Of a stretch of 64,000 nucleotides of DNA, positions 10,278-20,958 are shown one piece after another. Origin of the DNA: Candidatus Poribacteria bacterium (GTDB lineage Bacteria; Poribacteria; WGA-4E; PCPOR2b); NCBI GenBank assembly GCA_965198175.1, contig OZ240245.1, forward strand, positions 1,344,001 to 1,408,000. Reading direction: 5' to 3'. The translations under genes and the position numbers were made by a program. Position 1 is the first letter of the stretch. Each line of letters starts with the position of its first letter. The notes below the pieces were generated by a model, which saw only the letters and a list, made by a program, of their open reading frames with translations, was not told the DNA's origin and made no database searches.

Positions 10278-11210
10278 TTAAAACTTGTGGAACCCCGCAG
10301 GCATCCGGGAAGGGGAATAGCCCATTGGCCACTTCCCACCGCCCAAGAACGCAGGGAACTCGCTCGCCTTCCCGCATACCCAGAAAAACATCTCCGCGGC
10401 ATCATACCAGTCCTGATGCTGTTGCCGGGGAGGCTGGGAAGAGGAACCGTTCACGCTGTATGGGGCAGTCTCCAACTCAAAGTCCGGTTCGGAAATCCAA
10501 TCCCGTGTGGGCGGCGTTGTCCGCCAGTAGCAGTATTTCAACATATGGCGGGTGCCATGGGCAGTGGACGCCGAACGACGATGCCATATCGAATAGACCG
10601 TTATGAATATCGAGCCGGCGGGCGCAGCGGTTTTGACCGCACCGCGAATATTACCGTAGTGAGACATCCAGCTTTGCGCGGCGAAGAAGAAATGGGAACC
10701 TGGTACTACCTCCGTCGGTCCAAGTTCCACGGGGGTATTCTGCGGATAATAGAACACCTGTAGGTGATTGAGTTCCGGACCGTAGCGCGAGGCGCCGTCC
10801 CGATGCCAAACCTGAGACGGGGCAGGACACTCGACTCGATGATTGTTCGGCAAAGCGGGAAGTCCAAAATTTTTCCCCAGCAGTGACCGCACCGCCCCCA
10901 CCGCCTGTGGGTTAAGAATCACGTTCTCGACAAACCAGTCCTCCTGAGGCAAGCGCAACTCGTATCTGCTCCGCCTCTCGTTAGATTTAGATTTTATTGA
11001 AATAACGGGTTCGCCCTTGTGCGCCTCAATGTACGCACACACTCGCCGGTTGAACTCGTTTGGAACAACCCCCTCTAGTACCAAGAAGCCCTGTTTGCAG
11101 AACTCCAGCACCTCGGTATCCGTCAGCGTGGGGTCACAGTCATATGTTTTCATTGATGGGTAATCCTTGATTGCAAGTTTGACTTCACGTTCAGTGGCTT
11201 TAGTCTCCAA
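10278..11210 (-). CDS. phytanoyl-CoA dioxygenase (PhyH) family protein (start may be ATG 11153)
   Basis: F..QGFLVLEGVV, WHRD, GPTEVVPGSH, distal WHRR. Confidence 0.85.
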   Translation of the reverse strand: METKATEREVKLAIKDYPSMKTYDCDPTLTDTEVLEFCKQGFLVLEGVVPNEFNRRVCAYIEAHKGEPVISIKSKSNERRSRYELRLPQEDWFVENVILNPQAVGAVRSLLGKNFGLPALPNNHRVECPAPSQVWHRDGASRYGPELNHLQVFYYPQNTPVELGPTEVVPGSHFFFAAQSWMSHYGNIRGAVKTAAPAGSIFITVYSIWHRRSASTAHGTRHMLKYCYWRTTPPTRDWISEPDFELETAPYSVNGSSSQPPRQQHQDWYDAAEMFFWVCGKASEFPAFLGGGKWPMGYSPSRMPAGFHKF

Positions 11211-11618
11211 TTACTGCCCAGTGGTTGAAAACATAGGATAGCGTGGGCTACAGGAAAAAGGCACCACTGAAATCTACCTATGGCGTCAATGGCCCTCCCG
11301 CTTGACCAGCAAATCACCCTTGTGGGGTTCAAAAAAGACCTGGCTTTTGTTGTTTATAGCCAGCCATTTTCTCCCCCTGGATGACCGAATATGCGCCGTT
11401 TGTTTTTATCCCCAAGTATTCAAACAATCATCTCATGGGCAGAAAGTCTAGGTACATGCATATAGCGCCAGTCCCCGTCTCTGTCGGTGCATAACTTTTC
11501 CCCTTGATCCCCTATCACCCTTACACGCTTCTATCTTTCCTGTCTTCTTTACATTGATCTTTAAACGTATATTGCGCAATTCCATAGCACCTCTCAATTT
11601 TCCGGTTTAATCTGCCTC

Positions 11619-11687
11619 ACTTTAGCAAACAGGCGCCAATTTGTCAAGAAAAATGAGTTGACGAGAAAAAGAGGTGAGGTGTATAAT
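11619..11687. promoter_or_regulatory. back-to-back sigma70 promoters
   Basis: Minus: TTGACA(11647-11642)-17-TAAAGT; plus: TTGACG(11658)-18-TATAAT(11682). Confidence 0.6.
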
Positions 11688-11818
11688 GGGCGTCAGTTCG
11701 GTGTCCGTCTATGGAACTGGATTCCATTTGATAGTCATTGTTCATTGCCAATGCCGGTAATCACCTAAAGACGCGACACGGGCCACGTGCTATCTTGGTA
11801 GGGTCCGTTGCTTTTTTC
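11688..11818 (+). promoter_or_regulatory. structured leader with terminator/antiterminator (riboswitch- or attenuator-like)
   Basis: 11701-11710 pairs with 11769-11779, which overlaps the left arm of a hairpin followed by T6 (11773-11817). Confidence 0.45.
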
Positions 11819-11886
11819 GTTACAGTAGCATAGTTTGGTCCACAGAACTGTTGGCTAATCATCTGTCAGGTAGAAAAGAGAAATAA

Positions 11887-12170
11887 ATGACATACAACAC
11901 GCAAGACTTCAAGATTCCAGTCCAGTCTGACGACTACGCTGATTGCTCTCGATTGGTAACCACGGCAATTTAGGGAATCGTCGAGGAGGCGATTGACCAG
12001 GGAAAAACAAGATTTTCATCAATACCAACCTGATGCTCGGGCTCCCGATGGAGAATATCAATAAGATCGCCGCACCGTTTGTCAAAGCATGGGTTGCCCA
12101 AACTTTCTATCATGTTCTTGAAGACAAGAACAACAGCGCCAGAACATCACAGATACCTATTGGAGTTGCA
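11887..12170 (+). pseudogene. disrupted hypothetical gene
   Basis: MTYNTQDFKIPVQSDDY.. with in-frame TAG and frameshift into IFINTNLMLGLPMENINKIAAPFVKAW. Confidence 0.35.
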
Positions 12171-13125
12171 GTTTCTGCGTGTTTGAAGGGGTATTGAGCG
12201 CGGAGGAACTCAAAGACCTGAAGACAGACTTAGCGCACGTGTTCGACCGTGCACCATACACCAAGGATGCACAAGTTGATGTAAAAGGCCGATCTGCTGT
12301 CGAGGCTGAATTTCCGTGGCTGACGTTCAATTTTGCCAGGCCGTTGAGCGACCCGTCAAAAAAAACAATGGCCGCCACCCTGCTAAGATGAGCGAGCCCT
12401 TGCCTCCCGCCGACGCCCCAGGTTTTGTGATTTCCTCGATTGCAGGCCCCCTACAGATTATGGATGCCTGCCTAAGGCTCTACGTCCACCCGCAGCTGCT
12501 TTCCATCGCAGAACAGATTAACGGCCTCAATTTGACCCCCTTTGCCGAGTCAATCATTGTCAAGCCAGCGGGGTTAGGCATATCTGTGGCTTGGCACCAG
12601 GATGGAACCAAACAGTGGGACAAGCCCGACTGGAACCGGGGGACGCACGGGTTCGATTTCATGGCTCAGCTGTACAGAAGCACGGGTCAACGGGGTCTGG
12701 GTGTTACCCGGATCGCACAAACAGGGCATAGTCGACATCAAGGCAATGATAGAGGCCAACAAGGGCTCAGGCGGTCAACCGATGGTGAGTGAGCCCGGGG
12801 CGTAATCATCTCCAACCGACAAGTCCTGCGCGGCTCTTTCGCCAACACCTCGCCGGACAAGCGGGTGACATTCAACTTCGGGTTCCACCGCCGCTCATCG
12901 GTACTCGGTGTTCGAAGGAAGTATTATGACCGGGAAGTGCTGTCCGGCGAAGCGCTCATGTTTGAAAGGTCCCGTTTGATTGCCCCGGCCATTGATGCCA
13001 GGTAGCACGTTTTCCCACGAGCCCGCGATACGTTTATCAGCTGTTGGTTGGGCAGGAGGACGCCAATCGGTGGAACGAAGTCGTGTGAGAAAGCATCCTG
13101 AAAGACTGCAACCTCAAGAACCTTG
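12170..13125 (+). pseudogene. PhyH-family dioxygenase, several frameshifts, start missing
   Basis: FCVFEGVLSAEEL / VAWHQDG / NGVWVLPGSH / GSFANTSPDKRVTFNFGFHRR spread over three frames. Confidence 0.8.
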
Positions 13126-13600
13126 TCCCCGTTCCAGAGGAGGCTGACGTGAAGCTCGCCCTCCATCCCGACAATCCGCCCGTGCCGTCGATCGGCGGTG
13201 TGACGCGAATCATGCGTAGCCCAGCGGCGTTCAGGTGCGTCCTCGAACCGGAGCCGATCGAGAATCACGACGTCGATTTTTGCCAGAGATGCTTCGGCGA
13301 AATGGGGGCAGATGTCCCCGATGAGGTCCGCAACTTCGGCAGCCGTGGCAAGATCTTCTTTGTCGATTTCCGAAAGTGAAGGGTAACACCGAGCAGTTCG
13401 CCGAGACGTTTCCCGACAATGGTGATGTGGACATATAAGAATGTATGAAGGCGTATGGAGAAATCGGTTTAGACGGGCCGACGTGTCCGAATCACACCCT
13501 CAAGATTGTCGGCGACAGCGGCTGGGGGCACCGCTACTGGTCCTATCCTATCGGCTACACACGGGTCTGGCTCAGGAAATCGGTATCTGAATTGGCGGTT
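13125..13600 (+). pseudogene. uxuA: mannonate dehydratase (UxuA-like) C-terminal fragment
   Basis: VPVPEEADVKLALHPDNPP, GKIFFVDFR, frameshift, FAETFPDNGDVD, stop, CPNH. Confidence 0.75.
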
Positions 13601-13616
13601 CCAATTAACAGCATTT

Positions 13617-13656
13617 GTGGGGGCTGGGTCCCAATGAATTGGAGGGTTGCCCCTAC
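13617..13656 (-). repeat. GTAG-type REP-like palindrome
   Basis: GTGGGGGCTGGG..CCAAT-GA-ATTGG..GGTTGCCCCTAC. Confidence 0.55.
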
Positions 13657-13716
13657 GCTAAGGCGCCAATGCGCCGTTTGAAGCTCGCAGTCAAATGTAA
13701 CCTAATTCCTACTATC

Positions 13717-15618
13717 ATGCTGACCAAGACAAAATCTGCAAAGTCTGATGTGACCATCAAATCCATCATCATCGGGTTGATTCTCGTTGGAATCAATGCC
13801 TACTGGTTAAGCATCACCAGTCAGTTGTGGGGTTCACACCCGAACTTGATGAATCCCTTTACCAACGTAGTTTCCAGCATCGTTCCCTTTATTTTGTTGA
13901 ACTTCTTATTCTTCAAAGCTTTCAATAGGACTCTATTTTCACGTGTGGAACTGTTGGTGATTTACATTATGGCTACTATGGTGACCACCGTGTCGGGGCA
14001 CGCATTTATAGAGGTCCTGATATCGGCGATGGGACATCCCTTCTGGTTTGCATCGCCTGAAAACGAGTGGGAACAACTCTTCTGGCGGTTTATTCCGTCG
14101 TGGTTCACCGTGCGGGATCCGTCTATTATCAGAGGGTATGTTGAAGGGGAATCGTCGATATTCATCGGCAAACATCTTCGGGCATGGCTTATCCCGGTGT
14201 TGGCATGGTCGGCGTTTATCTTCGTGCTGCTGCTCGCCCTGCTGTGCATTAACACCATCCTCCGAAAGCAATGGACAGAACGTGAGAAACTCAGTTACCC
14301 GCTCATTGAACTGCCGCTGGCGATGACTCAGGACAATTTCCAGTTTTTTCGTTCAAAAATGATGTGGGTTGGGTTTAGCATCGCAGCAAGTGTCCGGATG
14401 CTCAATGGCTTTCATAGTTTGTACCCCATCGTTCCTGCCGTACCGAACGGCTATGCCATTGGGTCGTATTCCATGGAACCGTGGAGCGCCATCGGCTACA
14501 CGTTCTTTTCCTTTAGGTTGTCAATGGTGGGTCTAATGTACTTCATGCCGCTTGACCTATTGTTTTCTTGCTGGGTTTTTTATTGGGTGGGGAAAGCAGA
14601 ACACCTCGTCGCCGGTATTTATGGATGGCGCGAACTTCATCTCAACGAGCGTTCTGCGGGAGGCTGGATTGCCATGGGGCTAATTGCCATCTGGATCAGC
14701 CGTCGGTATCTCATCACTGTCGCCAAGCATGTCATCAGCGGAGGGTCGCAGTTGGATGAGTCGCGGGAGCCGATGCGATATCGCACCGCAGTCATCCTAC
14801 TAATAGCAAGTTTCGTATTTCTGTTTTTATTCTGTTATCAAGCAGGCATGTCGCCGTGGGCCATCGCCGTGTTTTACTTTCTGTTTTTCGTGATGGGCCT
14901 TGGACTGACACGCGTCCGGGCGGAATTGGGGCCGCCATACCATGAGGTAATTTTTGTCAATCCACGGCAGGTGATGACTCAAGTATTTGGTTCAAAACGT
15001 CTGGGTGGCGCTAACCTGATGGGGCTCACATTTCTGTATGCCTTCAATCGATGTAACCGCTCCCACCCGATGCCGAATCAACTAGAATCGCTGAAAATCG
15101 GCGAACAGTCGAATATGAACCCTTCGAAATTGTTTTTTGCAATGGTTCTGGCGGTAGTTGTCGGCACGGTGGCGGCATTTGTGTCATACTACCAGATTGG
15201 GTATAAACATGGCTTATCCGGTCGGGGCTATCTCGACTTTTTAGGATGGGAGTGCTTCAACCCCCTTCAATCGTGGCTGCAATTTCCCAGGCCTACCAAC
15301 TGGACAAGTGTGGGGTTTATGACCGGTGGGTTTGGGTTTGTGTTGCTGCTGATGGCTATGCGTCAGCTGTTCTTCTGGTGGCCATTACATCCAGCAGGAT
15401 ACGTTTTACTTGGCGGCACATGGGGCGGTATGATTCCCTATTGGTTTCCGGCCTTTGTCAGTTGGTCAATAAAAGCAGTGCTGCTGAGATTTGGGGGGAT
15501 AGGCGGCTACCGGAACGCTGCCCCGCTGTTTTTGGGGTTGGCATTGGGCGATCAAGGGTTATGGGGGGTATGGAGCATTGTCAGTCTTGTTTTGCAGGTC
15601 AGGATACCCCTAGTATAA
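13717..15618 (+). CDS. DUF6785/DUF6784-type polytopic membrane protein (putative transporter)
   Basis: Many TM helices, HPFWFASPENEW, RKQW..E.L.YP, RVRAELG, WPLHPAGY, GLALGD; paralogue at 48102. Confidence 0.75.
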   Translation: MLTKTKSAKSDVTIKSIIIGLILVGINAYWLSITSQLWGSHPNLMNPFTNVVSSIVPFILLNFLFFKAFNRTLFSRVELLVIYIMATMVTTVSGHAFIEVLISAMGHPFWFASPENEWEQLFWRFIPSWFTVRDPSIIRGYVEGESSIFIGKHLRAWLIPVLAWSAFIFVLLLALLCINTILRKQWTEREKLSYPLIELPLAMTQDNFQFFRSKMMWVGFSIAASVRMLNGFHSLYPIVPAVPNGYAIGSYSMEPWSAIGYTFFSFRLSMVGLMYFMPLDLLFSCWVFYWVGKAEHLVAGIYGWRELHLNERSAGGWIAMGLIAIWISRRYLITVAKHVISGGSQLDESREPMRYRTAVILLIASFVFLFLFCYQAGMSPWAIAVFYFLFFVMGLGLTRVRAELGPPYHEVIFVNPRQVMTQVFGSKRLGGANLMGLTFLYAFNRCNRSHPMPNQLESLKIGEQSNMNPSKLFFAMVLAVVVGTVAAFVSYYQIGYKHGLSGRGYLDFLGWECFNPLQSWLQFPRPTNWTSVGFMTGGFGFVLLLMAMRQLFFWWPLHPAGYVLLGGTWGGMIPYWFPAFVSWSIKAVLLRFGGIGGYRNAAPLFLGLALGDQGLWGVWSIVSLVLQVRIPLV

Positions 15619-15854
15619 CATCAGCCATTATGCGGCAATCGTCATGCAACAATGAGATACCCCAAACTCGCGAAGCATGTCGGTTCGCGTTTGTGGAAAG
15701 CGTGGGGGAGATTGAGTTCTGTTTTGATTAACAATTCGATAGACGAACGTTATAATACTGAATAACCCAAGCTCCAACGCCGGAGCGTAAATGTTATTTT
15801 ACTTTACCTCCACATCCTGTACAAATACAAAGTAGGCATTACGAATGCCGATAC

Positions 15855-17687
15855 CTAATACGTCTCATGTTCTCGTTGGCTCAGATGTTTTCGGATACTA
15901 TTGGCTACGTTACGGGGAATTCCTTTGACAGCGAGTAATTCATCCAAACTGGCTTGACGGACCTTTTCAACGGATCCAAAGTGCTGGAGTAATCTCTGTT
16001 TCCGTTTGGAACCGATGTTGGGAATTTCGTCAAGGATGGAGTGGCTAATTGTCCGGCTGCGGAGTTTGTGATGATAGGAGATGGCAAACCGGTGTGCTTC
16101 GTCACGTAGACGCTGAATGAGGTGGAGCGTTGGATTATCACGTCGAAGAATAATTGCATCCGGGCGGTCAGGTAAAAAGATATGCTCAAATCTTTTGGCA
16201 AGCCCGATAATTGGAAGATGGGCGAGCTCGAGGGATTCCAGCGCTTCGCAAGCGGCACTTAGCTGCCCCTTGCCGCCATCGACCAAAATGAGGTCCGGAA
16301 AGCGGTTTTCCTCAATTGCACGACGGAATCGGCGGGTAACCACCTCTTTCATCATGGCGAAGTCATTCTGTCCTTCTACGGTGCGAATCTTGAAGCGTCG
16401 GTACTCGGATTTCGCAGGTTCACCGTCCTCCATAACAACCATTGACCCCACTGCGAATCGATCGCCGAGATTGGAGATGTCAAATCCGTCGATTCGTTGA
16501 GGCGGACGACTTAGATTCAACAACTCTTGCAATTCAATCAGCGCAGGATTATCCCCAGCTTTAAGCACAACCATCTGATCTTTTTGTTCAAGAATCAAGC
16601 TCGCGTTCTTCGACGCCATCTCCACTAGCTGACGCTTGCGCCCTTTCTGGGGTATGTGCACTGTCACGCGACTTTCCCGTTTCTCAGAAAGCCAGTTTTG
16701 AATGGTTTCCAGCATCTTGATTTCGCCAGGCAATATGACGGTTTTGGGGATGAAGGAAGCATCTTGATAGTATTGTTGCACAAAAGCGGTCAATGATTCA
16801 CGCCTCGATTCAAGCTGAACATCGGTCAGAAAGTAATGTTCGCGCTCGATTAGCTTTCCATCGCGTACCATCAGCAACTGAACGCACGCCTCATCACCTT
16901 TGCAGGCGATGCCAATTACGTCCTCATCCTCTGCAGACAGGTTATCAAGATGCTGTTTGGCAATGCCCTGGTTAACAATTTCGATCTGGTCTCTGTATCT
17001 CGCCGCCCCTTCAAAGTCAAGATTGGCAGCAGCTTTCTGCATCTTCTCCGCAAGTTCATGAATTATGTGTTCTGTGTTTCCACTAAGGAATCGGCGGACG
17101 TTTTTCACAATCTGGGCATAATCCTCAGTGCTGATAAGGTCCGCGCACGGTCCGGGACAGCGTTTGATATGATAATCTAGACAGACGCGATAATCATTCC
17201 CCGATTCCTTCAAATTCAAACCGCAGGTGCGGACAGGAAATGCCTTCGTGAGTTGCTTTACTGTGAGGCGTGTTGCACGGGTATGCACGAATGGGCCGAA
17301 ATACTTTGCTCCATCGTTTTCGATTCGGCGGGTGATGTAAAGGCCCGCAAAAGGCTCATTGACCGTAAGCTTCAAGTAGGGATATCGTTTATCGTCCTTT
17401 AGCTTGACATTGTAGCGGGGTTGGTGTTCCTTGATAAGGTTATTCTCCAAGATTAGCGCTTCAATGTAGGTCGCGGTGAGGACATAGTCAACATTGTGGA
17501 CATAGCGCAACATCGGCTCGGTCAGAGCATGAGGTGAGGCGCTGCTTTGAAAATACGATCTAACACGTTGGTGCAGGGATGTCGCCTTGCCGACGTACAG
17601 AATCTTCCCTTCGGCATCTTTCATCAGGTAGACACCGGAGTTGGTGGGAAGATTTGCGAGTTTGTCTTTAAGTCGCTGGTTCATCAT
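15855..17687 (-). CDS. uvrC: excinuclease ABC subunit C
   Basis: GVYLM..LYVGKA..L..RVRSYF GIY-YIG domain, UVR domain, FDISN, DGGKGQL, RDEAHRFA, HhH. Confidence 0.97.
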   Translation of the reverse strand: MMNQRLKDKLANLPTNSGVYLMKDAEGKILYVGKATSLHQRVRSYFQSSASPHALTEPMLRYVHNVDYVLTATYIEALILENNLIKEHQPRYNVKLKDDKRYPYLKLTVNEPFAGLYITRRIENDGAKYFGPFVHTRATRLTVKQLTKAFPVRTCGLNLKESGNDYRVCLDYHIKRCPGPCADLISTEDYAQIVKNVRRFLSGNTEHIIHELAEKMQKAAANLDFEGAARYRDQIEIVNQGIAKQHLDNLSAEDEDVIGIACKGDEACVQLLMVRDGKLIEREHYFLTDVQLESRRESLTAFVQQYYQDASFIPKTVILPGEIKMLETIQNWLSEKRESRVTVHIPQKGRKRQLVEMASKNASLILEQKDQMVVLKAGDNPALIELQELLNLSRPPQRIDGFDISNLGDRFAVGSMVVMEDGEPAKSEYRRFKIRTVEGQNDFAMMKEVVTRRFRRAIEENRFPDLILVDGGKGQLSAACEALESLELAHLPIIGLAKRFEHIFLPDRPDAIILRRDNPTLHLIQRLRDEAHRFAISYHHKLRSRTISHSILDEIPNIGSKRKQRLLQHFGSVEKVRQASLDELLAVKGIPRNVANSIRKHLSQREHETY

Positions 17688-18002
17688 CGCTTCGTTGAAC
17701 CGATTGGATTGGGTTATAATCCCAGTTTGCGTTTCAAATAGTAAAATTTTTGGGGTTGCCTAATAAACGTGGAAGCCTCTAAAGAGGGGTTAAACCTGTT
17801 TGAATCTTCACCCCAATAGTTCTATGGATGTTCCGAAAGAGTCATCGGCACACATCCCTATCTATTTTATGATGCCACAAAACGTACATTTTATCAAGTT
17901 GTATGATACTGTTTTGTTAAATAGACAAGTAGTTAAATCCTGGTGAAGCTGCTAGAGGATCGAACCACCCCAACCGAAAATCGGCGGATCTCGGGAAGCC
18001 TG

Positions 18003-18046
18003 AAAAAAAAAGGGGAGCGGAACACAAGTTGTGCGTCGCTCCCCTT
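18003..18046 (-). terminator. intrinsic terminator of groES-groEL
   Basis: AAGGGGAGCG/CGCTCCCCTT stem followed by T-run on the minus strand. Confidence 0.85.
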
Positions 18047-18074
18047 ACTCGTTTCGTGTCTTTTCTATGCGTAT

Positions 18075-20019
<1,945 letters not shown>

Positions 20020-20114
20020 TTCGTCTTCTCCTCTCTTTAACATTTTAGATAGATGATTCATACAATAGATAAATGGATAAATGTTAAATTATCCAAACTG
20101 GTTATGTTTACAAC

Positions 20115-20129
20115 GCAAGAAATATGCCA
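20115..20129 (-). promoter_or_regulatory. sigma54 (-24/-12) promoter upstream of groS
   Basis: TGGCAT-ATTTC-TTGC, exact GG-N10-GC spacing. Confidence 0.7.
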
Positions 20130-20160
20130 ACCCAATATCATTGAATCTTCACGCGTGAGA

Positions 20161-20236
20161 TGACATTTTGACACGACAGTTATCGAGCCAAAATGTCGCT
20201 ATTTTTCCAGACATCAGGTTAAGGGTCATTTTGTCA
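20161..20236. promoter_or_regulatory. three putative enhancer-binding-protein boxes
   Basis: TGACATTTTGACA (20161), AGCCAAAATGTCG (20186), GGTCATTTTGTCA (20224). Confidence 0.55.
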
Positions 20237-20498
20237 CGGTTAGACAATTAATATCTGCTCTGCGCCGTTCTGCATAATTTTGCTTGCAATGATGAGAATA
20301 GGACAGTTGCTGTCATACACATAAACGAACGTCTGACTACAGCCATTCATCGCATTTCACTCTTGAGCATAACATTACGATCTGAACGTCTCTAGTATTA
20401 ACTATTGAAGTCAAAGTTAGTTTAGAGACTGTAATTGGGCGGTCAAAAAGGTAGCAACCTAGCATCGTTCATCGGGGCGCCCTCGGCATACTTTTCTA

Positions 20499-20527
20499 TT
20501 GACAAAGGTAGTACGGTTTGGTACACT
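20499..20527 (+). promoter_or_regulatory. sigma70 promoter of tRNA operon
   Basis: TTGACA-17-TACACT with TGn extension. Confidence 0.8.
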
Positions 20528-20541
20528 TAATATGTGCTTTT

Positions 20542-20613
20542 GCGGGAGTAGCTCAGCGGTAGAGCTCTACCTTGCCAAGGTAGAGGTCGCGGGTTCAATT
20601 CCCGTCTCCCGCT
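20542..20613 (+). tRNA. tRNA-Gly(GCC)
   Basis: GCGGGAG/CTCCCGC acceptor stem, CTACC-TTGCCAA-GGTAG anticodon arm, GGTTCAATTCC; CCA not encoded. Confidence 0.97.
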
Positions 20614-20618
20614 TTCAT

Positions 20619-20690
20619 GGCGGCGTAGCCAAGTGGTAAGGCGAGAGTCTGCAAAACTCTTATACGTCGGTTCGATTCCGACCGCCGCCT
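20619..20690 (+). tRNA. tRNA-Cys(GCA)
   Basis: GGCGGCG/CGCCGCC stem, AGAGT-CTGCAAA-ACTCT, GGTTCGATTCC, U73. Confidence 0.97.
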
Positions 20691-20698
20691 TAATTTCT

Positions 20699-20772
20699 GG
20701 GCGGTTAGCTCAGTTGGTTAGAGTACTTGCTCGACACGCAAGGGGTCATAGGTTCAAATCCTATACCGCCCA
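20699..20772 (+). tRNA. tRNA-Val(GAC)
   Basis: GGGCGGT/ACCGCCC stem, CTTGC-TCGACAC-GCAAG, GGTTCAAATCC. Confidence 0.97.
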
Positions 20773-20795
20773 TTAACATAGTTTCCCTTTACCTC

Positions 20796-20819
20796 AAAGA
20801 GCCGAAAGGCTCTTTTTTT
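20796..20819 (+). terminator. intrinsic terminator after tRNAs
   Basis: AAAGAGCC-GAAA-GGCTCTTTTTTT. Confidence 0.9.
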
Positions 20820-20958
20820 ATAATGGTAGCTCAAGTTCCTAACTTATGAAGATTCATGGGTTACCTGTGAAAGTTGAGGGGTTCAACTGCAACATCAATG
20901 AAATGTTAGTTTAAGAGGTATTGCCTAGAACATTACGACGTTTCCTTGGGACAGATTT

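Noticed and set aside
11290..11585. Gene behind the minus-strand promoter (MELRNIRL...)
   Set aside because: RBS and ATG present but frames close quickly and no family is recognisable; possibly a remnant, not supportable
20020..20500. CIRCE element upstream of groS
   Set aside because: No TTAGCACTC-N9-GAGTGCTAA match on either strand
20820..20958. T-box leader for thrS
   Set aside because: Too short and lacks the T-box GGTGG.ACC motif and terminator
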